Shown here piece by piece: positions 9,464-18,499 of a stretch of DNA of 32,000 bases (positions within the stretch are counted from its first letter, which is position 1; each line of letters opens with the position of its first letter). The notes beneath the pieces were generated by a model, which ran no database searches, was not told the DNA's origin, and worked only from the letters and a program-made list of their open reading frames with translations. The stretch is from Pseudomonadota bacterium (GTDB lineage: Bacteria > Pseudomonadota > Alphaproteobacteria > Rhizobiales > Rhizobiaceae), in the NCBI GenBank assembly GCA_039191645.1, contig JBCCXO010000007.1, forward strand, positions 19,255 to 51,254. The letters are read 5' to 3'. The translations under genes were made by a program, and so were the position numbers.

Positions 9464-9505
9464 TCACCGCATTTCCCAGCGGCCGGGCTGGTTCAACCGA
9501 ACCAT
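9464..9505 (-). CDS. Candidate 13-codon leader mini-ORF (pufK-like) in the pufQ-pufB spacer
   Basis: ATG at 9505 lies 5 nt after a perfect GGAGG (complement of 9511-9515). It encodes MVRLNQPGRWEMR with a TGA at 9464-9466, 35 nt upstream of the pufB ATG. I translated it by hand; it is below the ORF-track size cutoff. Confidence 0.3.
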   Translation of the reverse strand: MVRLNQPGRWEMR

Positions 9506-9542
9506 GTATTCCTCCAGTGGTTAGGTGGAGAAATCTCGAAAA

Positions 9543-9755
9543 CTAATACTTGAAAGCATAGCCAGCGATTGCATGCGCTGCAGATCTGGCTTCCTTCCAA
9601 AATGGTTGCTCCGCTTTTCGGCCCAACAGCCTGCCAAAAGCCAGGGCGATGGCTGAGCAAACGAACAGAATCATGACAAGAAACTTGAACTCCATCGTCT
9701 CAACAAACGTTGTACGATGCGTTTCGGCTTGTCTTGGGATTTGAACATCAGACAT
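9543..9755 (-). CDS. pufQ: PufQ-like small membrane protein (BChl biosynthesis/puf expression factor)
   Basis: 70 aa with a single TM helix (FKFLVMILFVCSAIALAFG). It sits between bchZ and pufB as in Rhodobacter. AGGAGGAG Shine-Dalgarno (complement of 9761-9768) lies 5 nt before the ATG at 9755. The tracked ATG at 9797 (ATGA overlap with the bchZ stop) is the alternative. Confidence 0.7.
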   Translation of the reverse strand: MSDVQIPRQAETHRTTFVETMEFKFLVMILFVCSAIALAFGRLLGRKAEQPFWKEARSAAHAIAGYAFKY

Positions 9756-9793
9756 GTTTTCTCCTCCTACTTTCGAATTTACTTCCTGCGAAA

Positions 9794-11254
9794 TCATGCG
9801 ACTCTCCTCAAAAGAGACTTGCTGGATTCTTCAACCCGTAGAGCCGTCACCTGCGCTTCACCTTTTTCAATCGCATCTTTTTCCGCTTTATCCCGAAGAG
9901 CCTTGGCTGCAGAAATACGAACGAGAATTGGTTGCCGATCGACCACCTCATCAAGCTTGCTGCGGGCAGAATTCTCCCAAGGCAGGGTATTTTCTGATTT
10001 TGACGGAACAGCCGCCGCCTGTGCATCCATGTCGCTTTGGAGCGGCAGAATATGGAAAAGCGCATCAAACAATGAATTGCTAATTTCCTGAATAAGATAA
10101 CTTGCGCCGGCGTTCCCCATAAACGGTGTGCCCGTATGCCGACGGATAATTGCACCCGGAAATGACGCCGGAATGTAAGTGGCCCGGGATCCCTGATCTG
10201 CGAGGTACATGCGTTCGTTATAAGAACCAAACACAATCATCGGCGATGTATTTGCAATCAAATCTTGGACTTCGCCGTTATCGGTTTTCACGCCCGCTTT
10301 CCTGGAAATGGCAAATTTGCACGGCAGGCCAAGTTCTTCTGACAGAAAGTTCTGCAATCCACGCGTGTAGGTTTCATTGGCAACCACTGCAAAGCTGGCA
10401 GTACCAAAGAAATCTTGCGTGACGGAACGCCACAAATCCCACATAGGCTTCAAAGTTGTATGTTTTTCCTGCTCAATGAAGGGCTCCGGATCAAGCCCAA
10501 GGGTTTCGCCAAGGGATCGAAGGAATGCAGCGGTGGAATGAATGCCGATGGGCGCTTGGAAGTATGGACGATCCAATTCCTCGCACAGCATCCGGCCAAA
10601 TTCCCGATACATACAAATATTGGCTTCAGCATTGGACAACCGATTGATGTCCGCCAAATGGGAGCCTAGAGGAAACGTCATATTCACTTCAGCACCTAGG
10701 CCTTCAACGAGTCTCCGGATTTCAGCGAGGTCGGAGGGCATATTGAACGTCCCGTACATCGGACCAATGATGTTGACCTTTGGTTTCTCACCTTCTTTTC
10801 TATTTTTGACAGCGGGAACCTTACCCTTCTTCGGACCAAATTCAGTCCAAAGCCATTTGAGAGCCCGATCCGCGGATTGCCACTGATCTTCGTCAATCGT
10901 ACGCGGTAAGAAACGCTGAACATTGGCACCTTCCGGCGTAACACCCCCACCAATCATTTCAGCAATCGAGCCTGTCACCACAACAGCAGGTAAATCGGGA
11001 TCAAGGACAGATCGGGATCTGCGCATCGCATTCTCGGTTCCATGTTGCCCAAGCTCTTCTTCACCAAGCCCAGTGACAACAATCGGCAATTCATGCGGCG
11101 GCAACGCATCGGTGTAATGAAGCACAGAAGTTACGGGAAGATTTTCGCACCCTACCGGACCATCGATAATCACCTGAAGGCCCTTAATCGCTGTAAACGC
11201 ATAAACCGAGCCCCAATATCCACCGGCACGATCATGATCGAGGATTAGCGTCAT
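9794..11254 (-). CDS. bchZ: Chlorophyllide a reductase subunit Z
   Basis: [41 protein letters not shown] is a nitrogenase-like fold. The ATG at 11254 overlaps the bchY stop (ATGA, 11251-11254). 486 aa. Confidence 0.93.
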   Translation of the reverse strand: MTLILDHDRAGGYWGSVYAFTAIKGLQVIIDGPVGCENLPVTSVLHYTDALPPHELPIVVTGLGEEELGQHGTENAMRRSRSVLDPDLPAVVVTGSIAEMIGGGVTPEGANVQRFLPRTIDEDQWQSADRALKWLWTEFGPKKGKVPAVKNRKEGEKPKVNIIGPMYGTFNMPSDLAEIRRLVEGLGAEVNMTFPLGSHLADINRLSNAEANICMYREFGRMLCEELDRPYFQAPIGIHSTAAFLRSLGETLGLDPEPFIEQEKHTTLKPMWDLWRSVTQDFFGTASFAVVANETYTRGLQNFLSEELGLPCKFAISRKAGVKTDNGEVQDLIANTSPMIVFGSYNERMYLADQGSRATYIPASFPGAIIRRHTGTPFMGNAGASYLIQEISNSLFDALFHILPLQSDMDAQAAAVPSKSENTLPWENSARSKLDEVVDRQPILVRISAAKALRDKAEKDAIEKGEAQVTALRVEESSKSLLRRVA

Positions 11255-12825
11255 GATCCCACCGCCTCCCCCGCATCGACAGCGTTTGCAGCTCTCGCAG
11301 CACGGGCAGCAAACTTCTTCTTGAACTGTGGTCGGTCTTCGGGGGTTTTCTCCCAAACGCCTGCTGCGTGCCCCTCGCCTACACCGTCAAAGAACTCTGA
11401 CATCGCATCAAAACGGGATTTATTTGCAATAGCAGCGTTGACTACCTGCGCCAGCGAACCTGCTCCGGCAGGTCCCATTAGCGGACGCGCAGAAATCAAA
11501 TTGGTAAAGTAAAGTGCGGGCGTTGATGTTTCTTTTGCCTTCTGAACGACAGGAGTGGTTCCAATCGCCAAGTCGGGCTTGTACTCATGAAAAGCGGCAA
11601 GGTCATCTTCTAGCGATGCACGAAACTTCACGGTGACACCCCGTGCTTCCAACCATTCCCGATCCGGGTCGGACCACCGCGTTTTTGGGCATGCAGAACC
11701 GACATAACGAACATCGGCACCACTTTCAATCAGCAGACGCGCCACGAGCAACTCAGATCCCTCATAGCCGGAAAGCGTTATTCTCCCGTCAATCGGCATT
11801 GCACCAAGTGCGCCTTGAATTGCCGGAAGAATCTGCGCCTTTGCCCTGTCGACATCCTGACTTGCAACATTGCAAACCCGACCGATCGCATCCAGCCAAT
11901 CAGCCGTTCCATCGACACCAACTGGCGCTGAACCAACGATAGGCTTACCGGCTTCCTGAAACTCTCGAATGGACGCAGTATAAAACGGGTGAATGGCTGC
12001 AACAGCGCCACAATCAAGTGCCGAATAGAGTTCACGCCATTCACGTGTAGGCACTACAGTTCCTGCCCGAAGCCCCATGGGTTCAAGCATCGCGCCGATA
12101 CCAACCGGATCTGCCGGGAACATTTCACCCAACAGAGTTATGGTAGGCCTGTCGTCCTGGGAGGGGTTATCAGGCGCCGCTACAGGTCCGCTTTCAATTT
12201 CTCTTCGGGCATAGGCAAGCATCTTGCCGGCTAAAACATCTTTTGCTTCAGCGTGCGTTGGCACACCAAAGCCCGGCACATCAATTCCAATGATGCGAAC
12301 ACCGTCAATGACCTCTGGCAACATTTGAAGTGGTACACCGGAGGCGGTGGGAACACAAAGGTTAGTCACAACAATGGCATCGTATTTTTCAGGATCAGCC
12401 ATTTCGTGAACCGCATCGCGAATGTCTTCGTACAGTTTGCCTGTAACAAGGCTCTCTGAATCAAACGGAACATAGCCAACTGTGCGCCGTGCTCCATAAA
12501 AGTGCGATGTGAAGGTAAGTCCATAGACGCAACAGGCAGAGCCGGAAAGAATTGTAGCAGTGCGACGCATCCGAAGACCGACCCGTAAAGAACCAAAGGC
12601 AGGGCACATGCTCTGAGGCTGATCATGCGGTCCTTTCGGATAGTCTTTTGCCAACTTATCCAGAAGCTCGCTCTTGCCTGCTTTTTCTGCCGCTTTCTTC
12701 ATTTTCTCGGCACCAGCATGACATCCGAAACCATCTTCGGCAGGAGCTACGTCGGTGTCAGAAATTTCTTCTTTCACCGGCTCAACCGTACTGCTTTCGT
12801 ATTGGAGGGGAGTTTCGTCTGTCAT
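11251..12825 (-). CDS. bchY: Chlorophyllide a reductase subunit Y
   Basis: It contains [37 protein letters not shown] and sits between bchX and bchZ. 524 aa. Confidence 0.93.
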   Translation of the reverse strand: MTDETPLQYESSTVEPVKEEISDTDVAPAEDGFGCHAGAEKMKKAAEKAGKSELLDKLAKDYPKGPHDQPQSMCPAFGSLRVGLRMRRTATILSGSACCVYGLTFTSHFYGARRTVGYVPFDSESLVTGKLYEDIRDAVHEMADPEKYDAIVVTNLCVPTASGVPLQMLPEVIDGVRIIGIDVPGFGVPTHAEAKDVLAGKMLAYARREIESGPVAAPDNPSQDDRPTITLLGEMFPADPVGIGAMLEPMGLRAGTVVPTREWRELYSALDCGAVAAIHPFYTASIREFQEAGKPIVGSAPVGVDGTADWLDAIGRVCNVASQDVDRAKAQILPAIQGALGAMPIDGRITLSGYEGSELLVARLLIESGADVRYVGSACPKTRWSDPDREWLEARGVTVKFRASLEDDLAAFHEYKPDLAIGTTPVVQKAKETSTPALYFTNLISARPLMGPAGAGSLAQVVNAAIANKSRFDAMSEFFDGVGEGHAAGVWEKTPEDRPQFKKKFAARAARAANAVDAGEAVGS

Positions 12826-12831
12826 GCCGGA

Positions 12832-13854
12832 TCACAAATTGTCGTAGACAACCTCCAAAGATTTTCGGGAAATGATAGAAGGATCACACATATCTTCCGG
12901 CAACGCCGGCTCAAGCACGTAATCCGCACCAGTTTCCTTGGATGAAAACAGACCTAGTAACCCCTCCTGATCCAGCGGTGCTGGTTGGCGTGGTGGGGCA
13001 GACATCATGTTTGTTGCAAGTTCAGAGAACATGGGTCCCCACTTGCCTTTGGGATCACCCACTATTTTATAGCTGGCTGACTTTCGTCGAATATCTTCAT
13101 CTTGCGGAATGGCAGAAAGAACCGGGATCCCGACTTTTTCAGCAAATGCATGTGCTTCGCCCGTGCCATCGTCTTTGTTGATCAGCATACCGGCAACACC
13201 AACATTTCCGCCCAACTTGCGGAAGTATTCCACTGCCGAACAGACATTGTTTGCAACGTACAGCGATTGTAGGTCGTTCGATCCAACGACAATGACCTTT
13301 TGGCACATGTCACGGGCTATCGGCAGGCCAAAGCCGCCACAAACTACATCACCGAGAAAATCTAACAGAACGTAATCGAAATCCCAGTCATGAAAACCGA
13401 GCTTTTCCAGGAGTTCAAACCCGTGGATAATTCCGCGTCCGCCACATCCGCGTCCAACTTCAGGGCCGCCCAATTCCATGGCAAAAACACCATCACGCTT
13501 GAAGCAAACATCCGAGATTGAAACTTCATCTCCCGCGGCCTTTTTCGCCGCCGATGTCTCGATAATCGTAGGACAAGAGCGACCACCAAACAGCAGGGAA
13601 GTTGTATCAGATTTAGGATCACAGCCGATCAGCAGAACCTTCTTACCCTGTTGCGCCAGATTATATGACAGATTTGCAAGTGTGAAACTTTTACCAATGC
13701 CGCCTTTTCCATAGATGGCAATGATCTGTGTCTCTTTGGTTACGTCGCCAGTATGAACAGGGTCTGGCTCAATTGCCGCCTCCTGACGTAGCAACTCCAA
13801 GGTCTCTGTGTCGGCATCGTCGTGACGATCTTTTGGGATAATTCCTTCGGTCAT
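12832..13854 (-). CDS. bchX: Chlorophyllide a reductase iron protein subunit X
   Basis: NifH/BchL-like P-loop IAIYGKGGIGKSFT and cluster cysteines in CGGFG. The ATG at 13854 overlaps the bchC stop (ATGA, 13851-13854). The tracked start at 13890 would overlap bchC by 40 nt. Confidence 0.93.
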   Translation of the reverse strand: MTEGIIPKDRHDDADTETLELLRQEAAIEPDPVHTGDVTKETQIIAIYGKGGIGKSFTLANLSYNLAQQGKKVLLIGCDPKSDTTSLLFGGRSCPTIIETSAAKKAAGDEVSISDVCFKRDGVFAMELGGPEVGRGCGGRGIIHGFELLEKLGFHDWDFDYVLLDFLGDVVCGGFGLPIARDMCQKVIVVGSNDLQSLYVANNVCSAVEYFRKLGGNVGVAGMLINKDDGTGEAHAFAEKVGIPVLSAIPQDEDIRRKSASYKIVGDPKGKWGPMFSELATNMMSAPPRQPAPLDQEGLLGLFSSKETGADYVLEPALPEDMCDPSIISRKSLEVVYDNL

Positions 13855-14792
13855 GCGGCCTCTTTCCAGTTCAAAACCATTTTCAGGCATTCCGGATCTT
13901 CAAATGCCGATTGATACGCTTCAGTTGCCAATGTAGCTGTCTGACGATGGCTGATTAGCCCTCCCAGTGAGAGGCGTCCGGAGTTAACAAGGTTGCGCAC
14001 CACAATGAGATCATTCGGCTTCCATTCAGCAGAAATCCGTAGGCGCGCTTCTTTCATAAATGCCGGGGAAAAATCGAAGGTGATGGGCACTGAATAAAAC
14101 CCGGCAAGGATAATCTCACCGCTCGGTGCGAGAGATTTAATAAGATGGTTGAGCAGCGATGCATCGCCGGACAAATCCATGATGCAATCATATGGTTTGC
14201 CCTCGTCGTTTTGAGGTTCGATGACCTGAAACCCGTCGGGACTGTCTGCGCGTTGCTTCTCCTTTTCCCAGATAACTGGGGCATTTCCGCCAAGGGACAC
14301 ACACAATCGAGCGGCAAGGCGACCTAAAATACCGTTACCTACAATAAGGCTCGGCAGCCTCGTGCCATTGTGTGTCAAAGCATGATGGGCCGTTGCGGCG
14401 AGCGCCAACAAAACAGCGTCTTCCCCTGATCCCTCTGGCACCGCAAATGCTTTCTCATTCTCAACCAACAGGTGTGAGGCGGCACCACCAAACAATCCGC
14501 GAACTTCGTCATATGCTGAACATCCTGGGACAAACACGAGCTCATCGATTCGTTGCTGAAGACTGGCAGGCGCATCAACGATTTTGCCAACCGTTTCATA
14601 TCCAGGAACAAGCGGATATCCCATCCCAGGGAAGTTTGGCATCCGGCCTTCCCAAAGCAGACGCTCGGTACCTGCGCTTATGCCGGACCACACAGTCTCT
14701 ACCACAACAGCCTTCTCAGAAGCGCCACTCATGTGGGTTTCTTCGAGGATAAGCTTTTGCGGCTCTTCAAATATAACGGCCTTAACCTGCAT
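13851..14792 (-). CDS. bchC: Bacteriochlorophyllide a dehydrogenase (3-hydroxyethyl bacteriochlorophyllide oxidase)
   Basis: Medium-chain dehydrogenase fold (AVIFEEPQKL..., GYPLVPGYETVGKIV). It is the first gene of bchCXYZ and lies behind a PpsR-type promoter. The ATG at 14792 is preferred; the tracked start at 14804 is a TTG. Confidence 0.9.
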   Translation of the reverse strand: MQVKAVIFEEPQKLILEETHMSGASEKAVVVETVWSGISAGTERLLWEGRMPNFPGMGYPLVPGYETVGKIVDAPASLQQRIDELVFVPGCSAYDEVRGLFGGAASHLLVENEKAFAVPEGSGEDAVLLALAATAHHALTHNGTRLPSLIVGNGILGRLAARLCVSLGGNAPVIWEKEKQRADSPDGFQVIEPQNDEGKPYDCIMDLSGDASLLNHLIKSLAPSGEIILAGFYSVPITFDFSPAFMKEARLRISAEWKPNDLIVVRNLVNSGRLSLGGLISHRQTATLATEAYQSAFEDPECLKMVLNWKEAA

Positions 14793-14833
14793 TTTTCCAA
14801 CCAATGCGCAAATTACGAATTGGACTCCCTAAG

Positions 14834-14877
14834 TGTCATAATATTTAGACACTTTATATTGTCAAGATTTTCAGAGA
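14834..14877 (-). promoter_or_regulatory. bchC promoter with CrtJ/PpsR-type operators
   Basis: On the minus strand there is TTGACA (14865-14860), a 16-nt spacer, then TATTAT (14843-14838). A perfect palindrome TGT-N12-ACA at 14834-14851 covers the -10. After an 8-bp gap, a degenerate TGT-N12-AGA at 14860-14877 covers the -35. This is the same layout as the Rhodobacter capsulatus bchC promoter. Confidence 0.75.
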
Positions 14878-14888
14878 CTTAAATCGCA

Positions 14889-16001
14889 TTATTTTTGTGC
14901 GGAAATTATGCTGGTAACGAACGGAGAGCGGGTCGGAATCCGTTTAACACTGCTGAATCCAGCGTTTTTCAGCATGATTCTGACTTCTTCGGGTGTTCTG
15001 GGCCTTCCGCTTCCCATCGCGTAAAGGTAAAAATTAAAGTAGGCATCGCTGATGCGGTGAGCATGTTTGCCTGTGGACATGGGCTCGCAAATCAACAACG
15101 TTTTGTCCGATTCAAGTGCATTGTAGGCCGCCGTGAGGATCTTCCTCACCGCCTCATCATCATGATCATGAATAATCCGAACCAAAGTAATGACATCCGC
15201 TCCTTTTGGTAGATCGTCATCAAAAAAGGAACCGCCGCAAAATTCCATCCGGTAATGCGCAGAGCTCTCTTTGGTCTTATCGCGTGCCAGGTCTACAACC
15301 TCTGGAAGATCAAACAGGACAAGATCAAGATGTTGATAGGCCTCTCCGATGTTCGACAGAAAAGTGCCCTGCCCACCCCCTACATCCATCAGCTTACGAT
15401 AATCCATAAAGTCAATGGCCGCGATAACTTCCTCAGAGACCATCTGCTGACTGGCGCTCATGAGTGCAGAATAAGGGGCAACGGCCTCCTGTTGTGCCGA
15501 CTTCGGATGCGTATTTCGCGCGTAATCCCAATACCTTGAAAGATTTGTTTCCTGTCGACCACTCTGCAGTAAAGATACGGGGTCTTGAAGGTCCTGATAA
15601 AGGGCCTTGTGATGCCTGATCATCGCCAATGCGCCCTCATTGATGGACAGCGCTGCGCCAAGATCGCCCAGCCGAAAACGATTGTTGCGCTCCTCGAGCA
15701 ACCGCAATGCTGCGGCTCCCTTTGCTAATCTTTTGGTCTCGTCCACACCTAACCCAATGTGCTGTGCCAACGCATCCAATGTCGCACCACGTTTGCGAAG
15801 TTGAGGGCATGAAAAAACATCAAGCTCAACGCACGCGACTAAAATTTGGGAATATACAAAGCCTGATACCACATCAAAAACTTCGCTTTGCCGCTTACGA
15901 ACGATTGGGCGTGTCAGGGGAAACTTTAGTGCAAACCGATGAAACTCCGGCGAAGTCAGGCACTTGTCGCGAAAATCAAGCCATGCATCGTAGATGCCCA
16001 T
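14889..16001 (-). CDS. crtF: Demethylspheroidene / hydroxyneurosporene O-methyltransferase
   Basis: SAM motif LMDVGGGQGTF. The N-terminus DAWLDFRDKCLTSPEFHRFALKFPLTRPIVRKR resembles CrtF. The ATG at 16001 lies 20 nt after the crtE stop. The tracked start at 16109 overlaps crtE by 88 nt and is rejected. Confidence 0.88.
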   Translation of the reverse strand: MGIYDAWLDFRDKCLTSPEFHRFALKFPLTRPIVRKRQSEVFDVVSGFVYSQILVACVELDVFSCPQLRKRGATLDALAQHIGLGVDETKRLAKGAAALRLLEERNNRFRLGDLGAALSINEGALAMIRHHKALYQDLQDPVSLLQSGRQETNLSRYWDYARNTHPKSAQQEAVAPYSALMSASQQMVSEEVIAAIDFMDYRKLMDVGGGQGTFLSNIGEAYQHLDLVLFDLPEVVDLARDKTKESSAHYRMEFCGGSFFDDDLPKGADVITLVRIIHDHDDEAVRKILTAAYNALESDKTLLICEPMSTGKHAHRISDAYFNFYLYAMGSGRPRTPEEVRIMLKNAGFSSVKRIPTRSPFVTSIISAQK

Positions 16002-16021
16002 GTGTGGAACTGCCCAGCTTG

Positions 16022-16924
16022 CTAAGCAGCTGATTTTGCGAGTTTTGCAGGAACAAGTCGGGTTGCCTGAGCCATAATCAGACCACGCAGCTCTGAAGCG
16101 CCTTTGCAATCAGGGATTGAATCAACCGCATCTTGAATTGTTTTTCGCAAGCGACTCATCGCTCCATCCACGCCATACTTTGCCACCGCGTTCGGACGAG
16201 AGAGCGTCAGATCCTGTGAGACTGGCTTGTCACACTCCTCAGCAAGACCAACCGCGTCCATTAGATCATCCGCGATTTGATAGGCACTTCCAATTAAATC
16301 TCCTAGCGGGCACCATGCCTTTGGATCTTGTCCAGCCGCGATGGCGCCCGCGGACACCGCGCAGACAAACAGGGAGCCCGTCTTAGCACGATGATATTCC
16401 TTTATGTCGATGTGTTGCTCGCTTTCCCAAGCCTGGCCGGCGACAATACCAGACGGCATGCCGACCGCGCTGGCAGTGCAACGGATCAGTTGAGCCATGG
16501 TTTCAGGCCTTGATGCGCTCGTCCGGCAAATTGTGTTAAACGCTTCCACAATCAAAGCATCGCCGGCGAGTACGGCAATCGGTTCACCATAAAGCTTATG
16601 CACGCTGGCTTTACCGCGTCTGGTATCGGCATCATCAAAACAAGGGAGATCATCATGAACTAGGGAGGCGCAGTGCAACAGCTCAATTGCAGCAGCGGCG
16701 CCATCTGCAATCCGCTCTTCCTTTGAACCACAAGCTGCAGCAATAGACACGCAAAGCTGAGGCCTCACCCTCGCCCCACCTGGGAAAACCGCATATTGTA
16801 CTGCTTTTGCCAATTTTGGTGGACAGGAAGGGGCTGTCGCATGTTCGATAGCTTCCTCCAGGCACGCCTCTACTCTGGCTACCATCTCCATATCCACCTC
16901 CATGCTGTCTAAAAAATTAGACAT
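16022..16924 (-). CDS. crtE: Geranylgeranyl diphosphate synthase
   Basis: Aspartate-rich motifs LVHDDLPCFDDADTRRG and QIADDLMD. The start is uncertain: ATG at 16924, 16903, 16891 or 16885. The last two are preceded by GGAGGTGG. Confidence 0.88.
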   Translation of the reverse strand: MSNFLDSMEVDMEMVARVEACLEEAIEHATAPSCPPKLAKAVQYAVFPGGARVRPQLCVSIAAACGSKEERIADGAAAAIELLHCASLVHDDLPCFDDADTRRGKASVHKLYGEPIAVLAGDALIVEAFNTICRTSASRPETMAQLIRCTASAVGMPSGIVAGQAWESEQHIDIKEYHRAKTGSLFVCAVSAGAIAAGQDPKAWCPLGDLIGSAYQIADDLMDAVGLAEECDKPVSQDLTLSRPNAVAKYGVDGAMSRLRKTIQDAVDSIPDCKGASELRGLIMAQATRLVPAKLAKSAA

Positions 16925-16949
16925 ATTGATTTGTTGAGTAATATTGACG
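16906..16949. promoter_or_regulatory. CrtJ/PpsR-type operators in the divergent crtE/crtD control region
   Basis: A perfect TGT-CTAAAAAATTAG-ACA lies at 16906-16923. After an 8-bp gap there is TGT-N12-ACG at 16932-16949. A possible crtD promoter is TTGATT (16926-16931), N17, GATATT (16949-16954). Confidence 0.65.
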
Positions 16950-16993
16950 ATATTTTCTATCAATGCAAGCGGAACAAACGAGCCAGGAGTAAA

Positions 16994-18499
16994 ATGCACA
17001 TCGAGAAACACGGAAAGATCAACAACAGAACCCTTATCATCGGTGCCGGCATGGCGGGACTTGCGGCGGCTGTATGCCTATCTGCAAAAGGCGAAAATGT
17101 TGTTGTTCTGGAAGCACACGATAATCCTGGTGGAAAGATGCGCCAGATTAACAGTGATATCGGTGGCATTGATTCAGGACCAACCGTGTTCACCATGAAA
17201 TACGTGTTTGATAAGCTTTTCGACCTCGCCGGCACCACGGTGGAGAATGAGTTAAACCTGGAAAAGGCTACCGTCCTTGCCAGACATGCATGGGATGATC
17301 AGGGCGTATTTGACCTCTATGCCGACCGGGAACAGAGTACACAGGCAATCGCGCAATTCTTCGATTCGGAAAACGCAAGAGGCTATGAACGCTTCTGCAG
17401 AGATGCAGGTCATATCTACGAAACGCTGAAAGATACGTTTATGGATGCGCAGCGTCCCGGGCCTCTGGAGCTGGGAAGCCGAGTCGGACTGACAAGGTTA
17501 CCAACGCTTTGGAAACTAAAACCGCTAAGCACCCTATGGTCAGCCCTCCAAGGCTATTTTCCGGATTCCAGACTTCAACAGCTTTTTGGCAGATACGGCA
17601 CCTATGTTGGCTCCTCACCGTTTCAGGCCCCGGCAACGCTCATGTTGATCGCGCACGTTGAACAGGAAGGTGTTTGGCTAATCAAAAATGGGATGTTTGA
17701 ACTTTCAAAAGCACTCTCGCGGATCGCTGGTAACAATGGCGCGGAAATACGCCGGCATTCAAAGGTTGCAAAAATCATTGTCGAGGGCGGAAGTGCCAGA
17801 GGTGTGGAATTGGAGTCCGGTGAATTGTTGATAGGCTCCAACATTCTTTATTGTGGTGACGTTTCTGATCTGCCGCATAAAGTTACCGACAAAACGAGAG
17901 ATGTTCCTGCGCCAGTTGCTCAAAAAGACCGCTCATTATCAGCGATAACCTGGTCCATGAGTGCGCGCACAACCGATTTTCCGCTATCAAGACACAATGT
18001 CTTTTTCGCCCAAGACTATCTGGAAGAATTTGAATCCATTTTCGACCGAGGCTACTCGCCAGTTCGCCCCACAGTCTACATCTGCGCGCAGGATCGGGAG
18101 GAAAGTGAAAACACGTTAGATGGGCCAGAACGCCTGCTTTGTCTAATCAATGCACCAGCGAATGGCGATATCAATACGCTTACCAAAAAGGAGCTCGAAC
18201 AATGTCAAACAAACATGACGGCAACACTAAACCGGTGCGGCCTGACGTTGGAGCCATTGCAGCAAGTGATCACACAGCCGTCGGATTTCAACAAAATGTT
18301 TCCAGGTTCAGGGGGAGCCCTTTACGGCAGAGCATCACACGGCTGGACGGCTTCGTTTGCGCGACCGGGAGCAAAGACAAAGATACCGCAATTGTATCTG
18401 GCGGGAGGGAGCGTCCACCCAGGGGCCGGAGTGCCGATGGCCACACTTTCGGGCATGCTGGCGGCGGAGCAGATTCTGAAGGACCGCGTTTTGACCTGA
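16994..18499 (+). CDS. crtD: Hydroxyneurosporene / methoxyneurosporene desaturase (CrtD, phytoene-desaturase family)
   Basis: FAD motif TLIIGAGMAGLAAAVCL and C-terminal LYLAGGSVHPGAGVPMA. It is divergent from crtE and followed by crtC. AGGAG Shine-Dalgarno precedes the ATG at 16994. The tracked start at 16931 is a TTG. Confidence 0.85.
   Translation: MHIEKHGKINNRTLIIGAGMAGLAAAVCLSAKGENVVVLEAHDNPGGKMRQINSDIGGIDSGPTVFTMKYVFDKLFDLAGTTVENELNLEKATVLARHAWDDQGVFDLYADREQSTQAIAQFFDSENARGYERFCRDAGHIYETLKDTFMDAQRPGPLELGSRVGLTRLPTLWKLKPLSTLWSALQGYFPDSRLQQLFGRYGTYVGSSPFQAPATLMLIAHVEQEGVWLIKNGMFELSKALSRIAGNNGAEIRRHSKVAKIIVEGGSARGVELESGELLIGSNILYCGDVSDLPHKVTDKTRDVPAPVAQKDRSLSAITWSMSARTTDFPLSRHNVFFAQDYLEEFESIFDRGYSPVRPTVYICAQDREESENTLDGPERLLCLINAPANGDINTLTKKELEQCQTNMTATLNRCGLTLEPLQQVITQPSDFNKMFPGSGGALYGRASHGWTASFARPGAKTKIPQLYLAGGSVHPGAGVPMATLSGMLAAEQILKDRVLT

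Noticed and set aside
11255-11356. The tracked bchZ ORF begins 34 codons upstream, with a striking Cys-rich stretch ([18 protein letters not shown]).
   Set aside because: This extension is encoded out of frame inside the 3' end of bchY. BchZ homology starts at [15 protein letters not shown], and the ATG at 11254 forms an ATGA overlap with the bchY stop. The Cys-rich run is most likely a reading-frame artefact.
13855-16109. Longer tracked starts for bchX (13890), bchC (14804, TTG) and crtF (16109).
   Set aside because: The bchX (13890) and crtF (16109) starts overlap the upstream gene by tens of nucleotides. All three add residues absent from my recollection of homologues. Shorter starts fit ATGA coupling or an ATG with sensible spacing.
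18139-18495. A long upstream extension of the crtC ORF (119 codons), and the idea of a -1 frameshift fusing CrtD to CrtC.
   Set aside because: The extension lies wholly within crtD in another frame and has low-complexity, non-homologous content (GGRERPPRGRSADG). I see no convincing slippery heptamer near 18485-18499. It remains only a remote alternative in the crtC-start finding.
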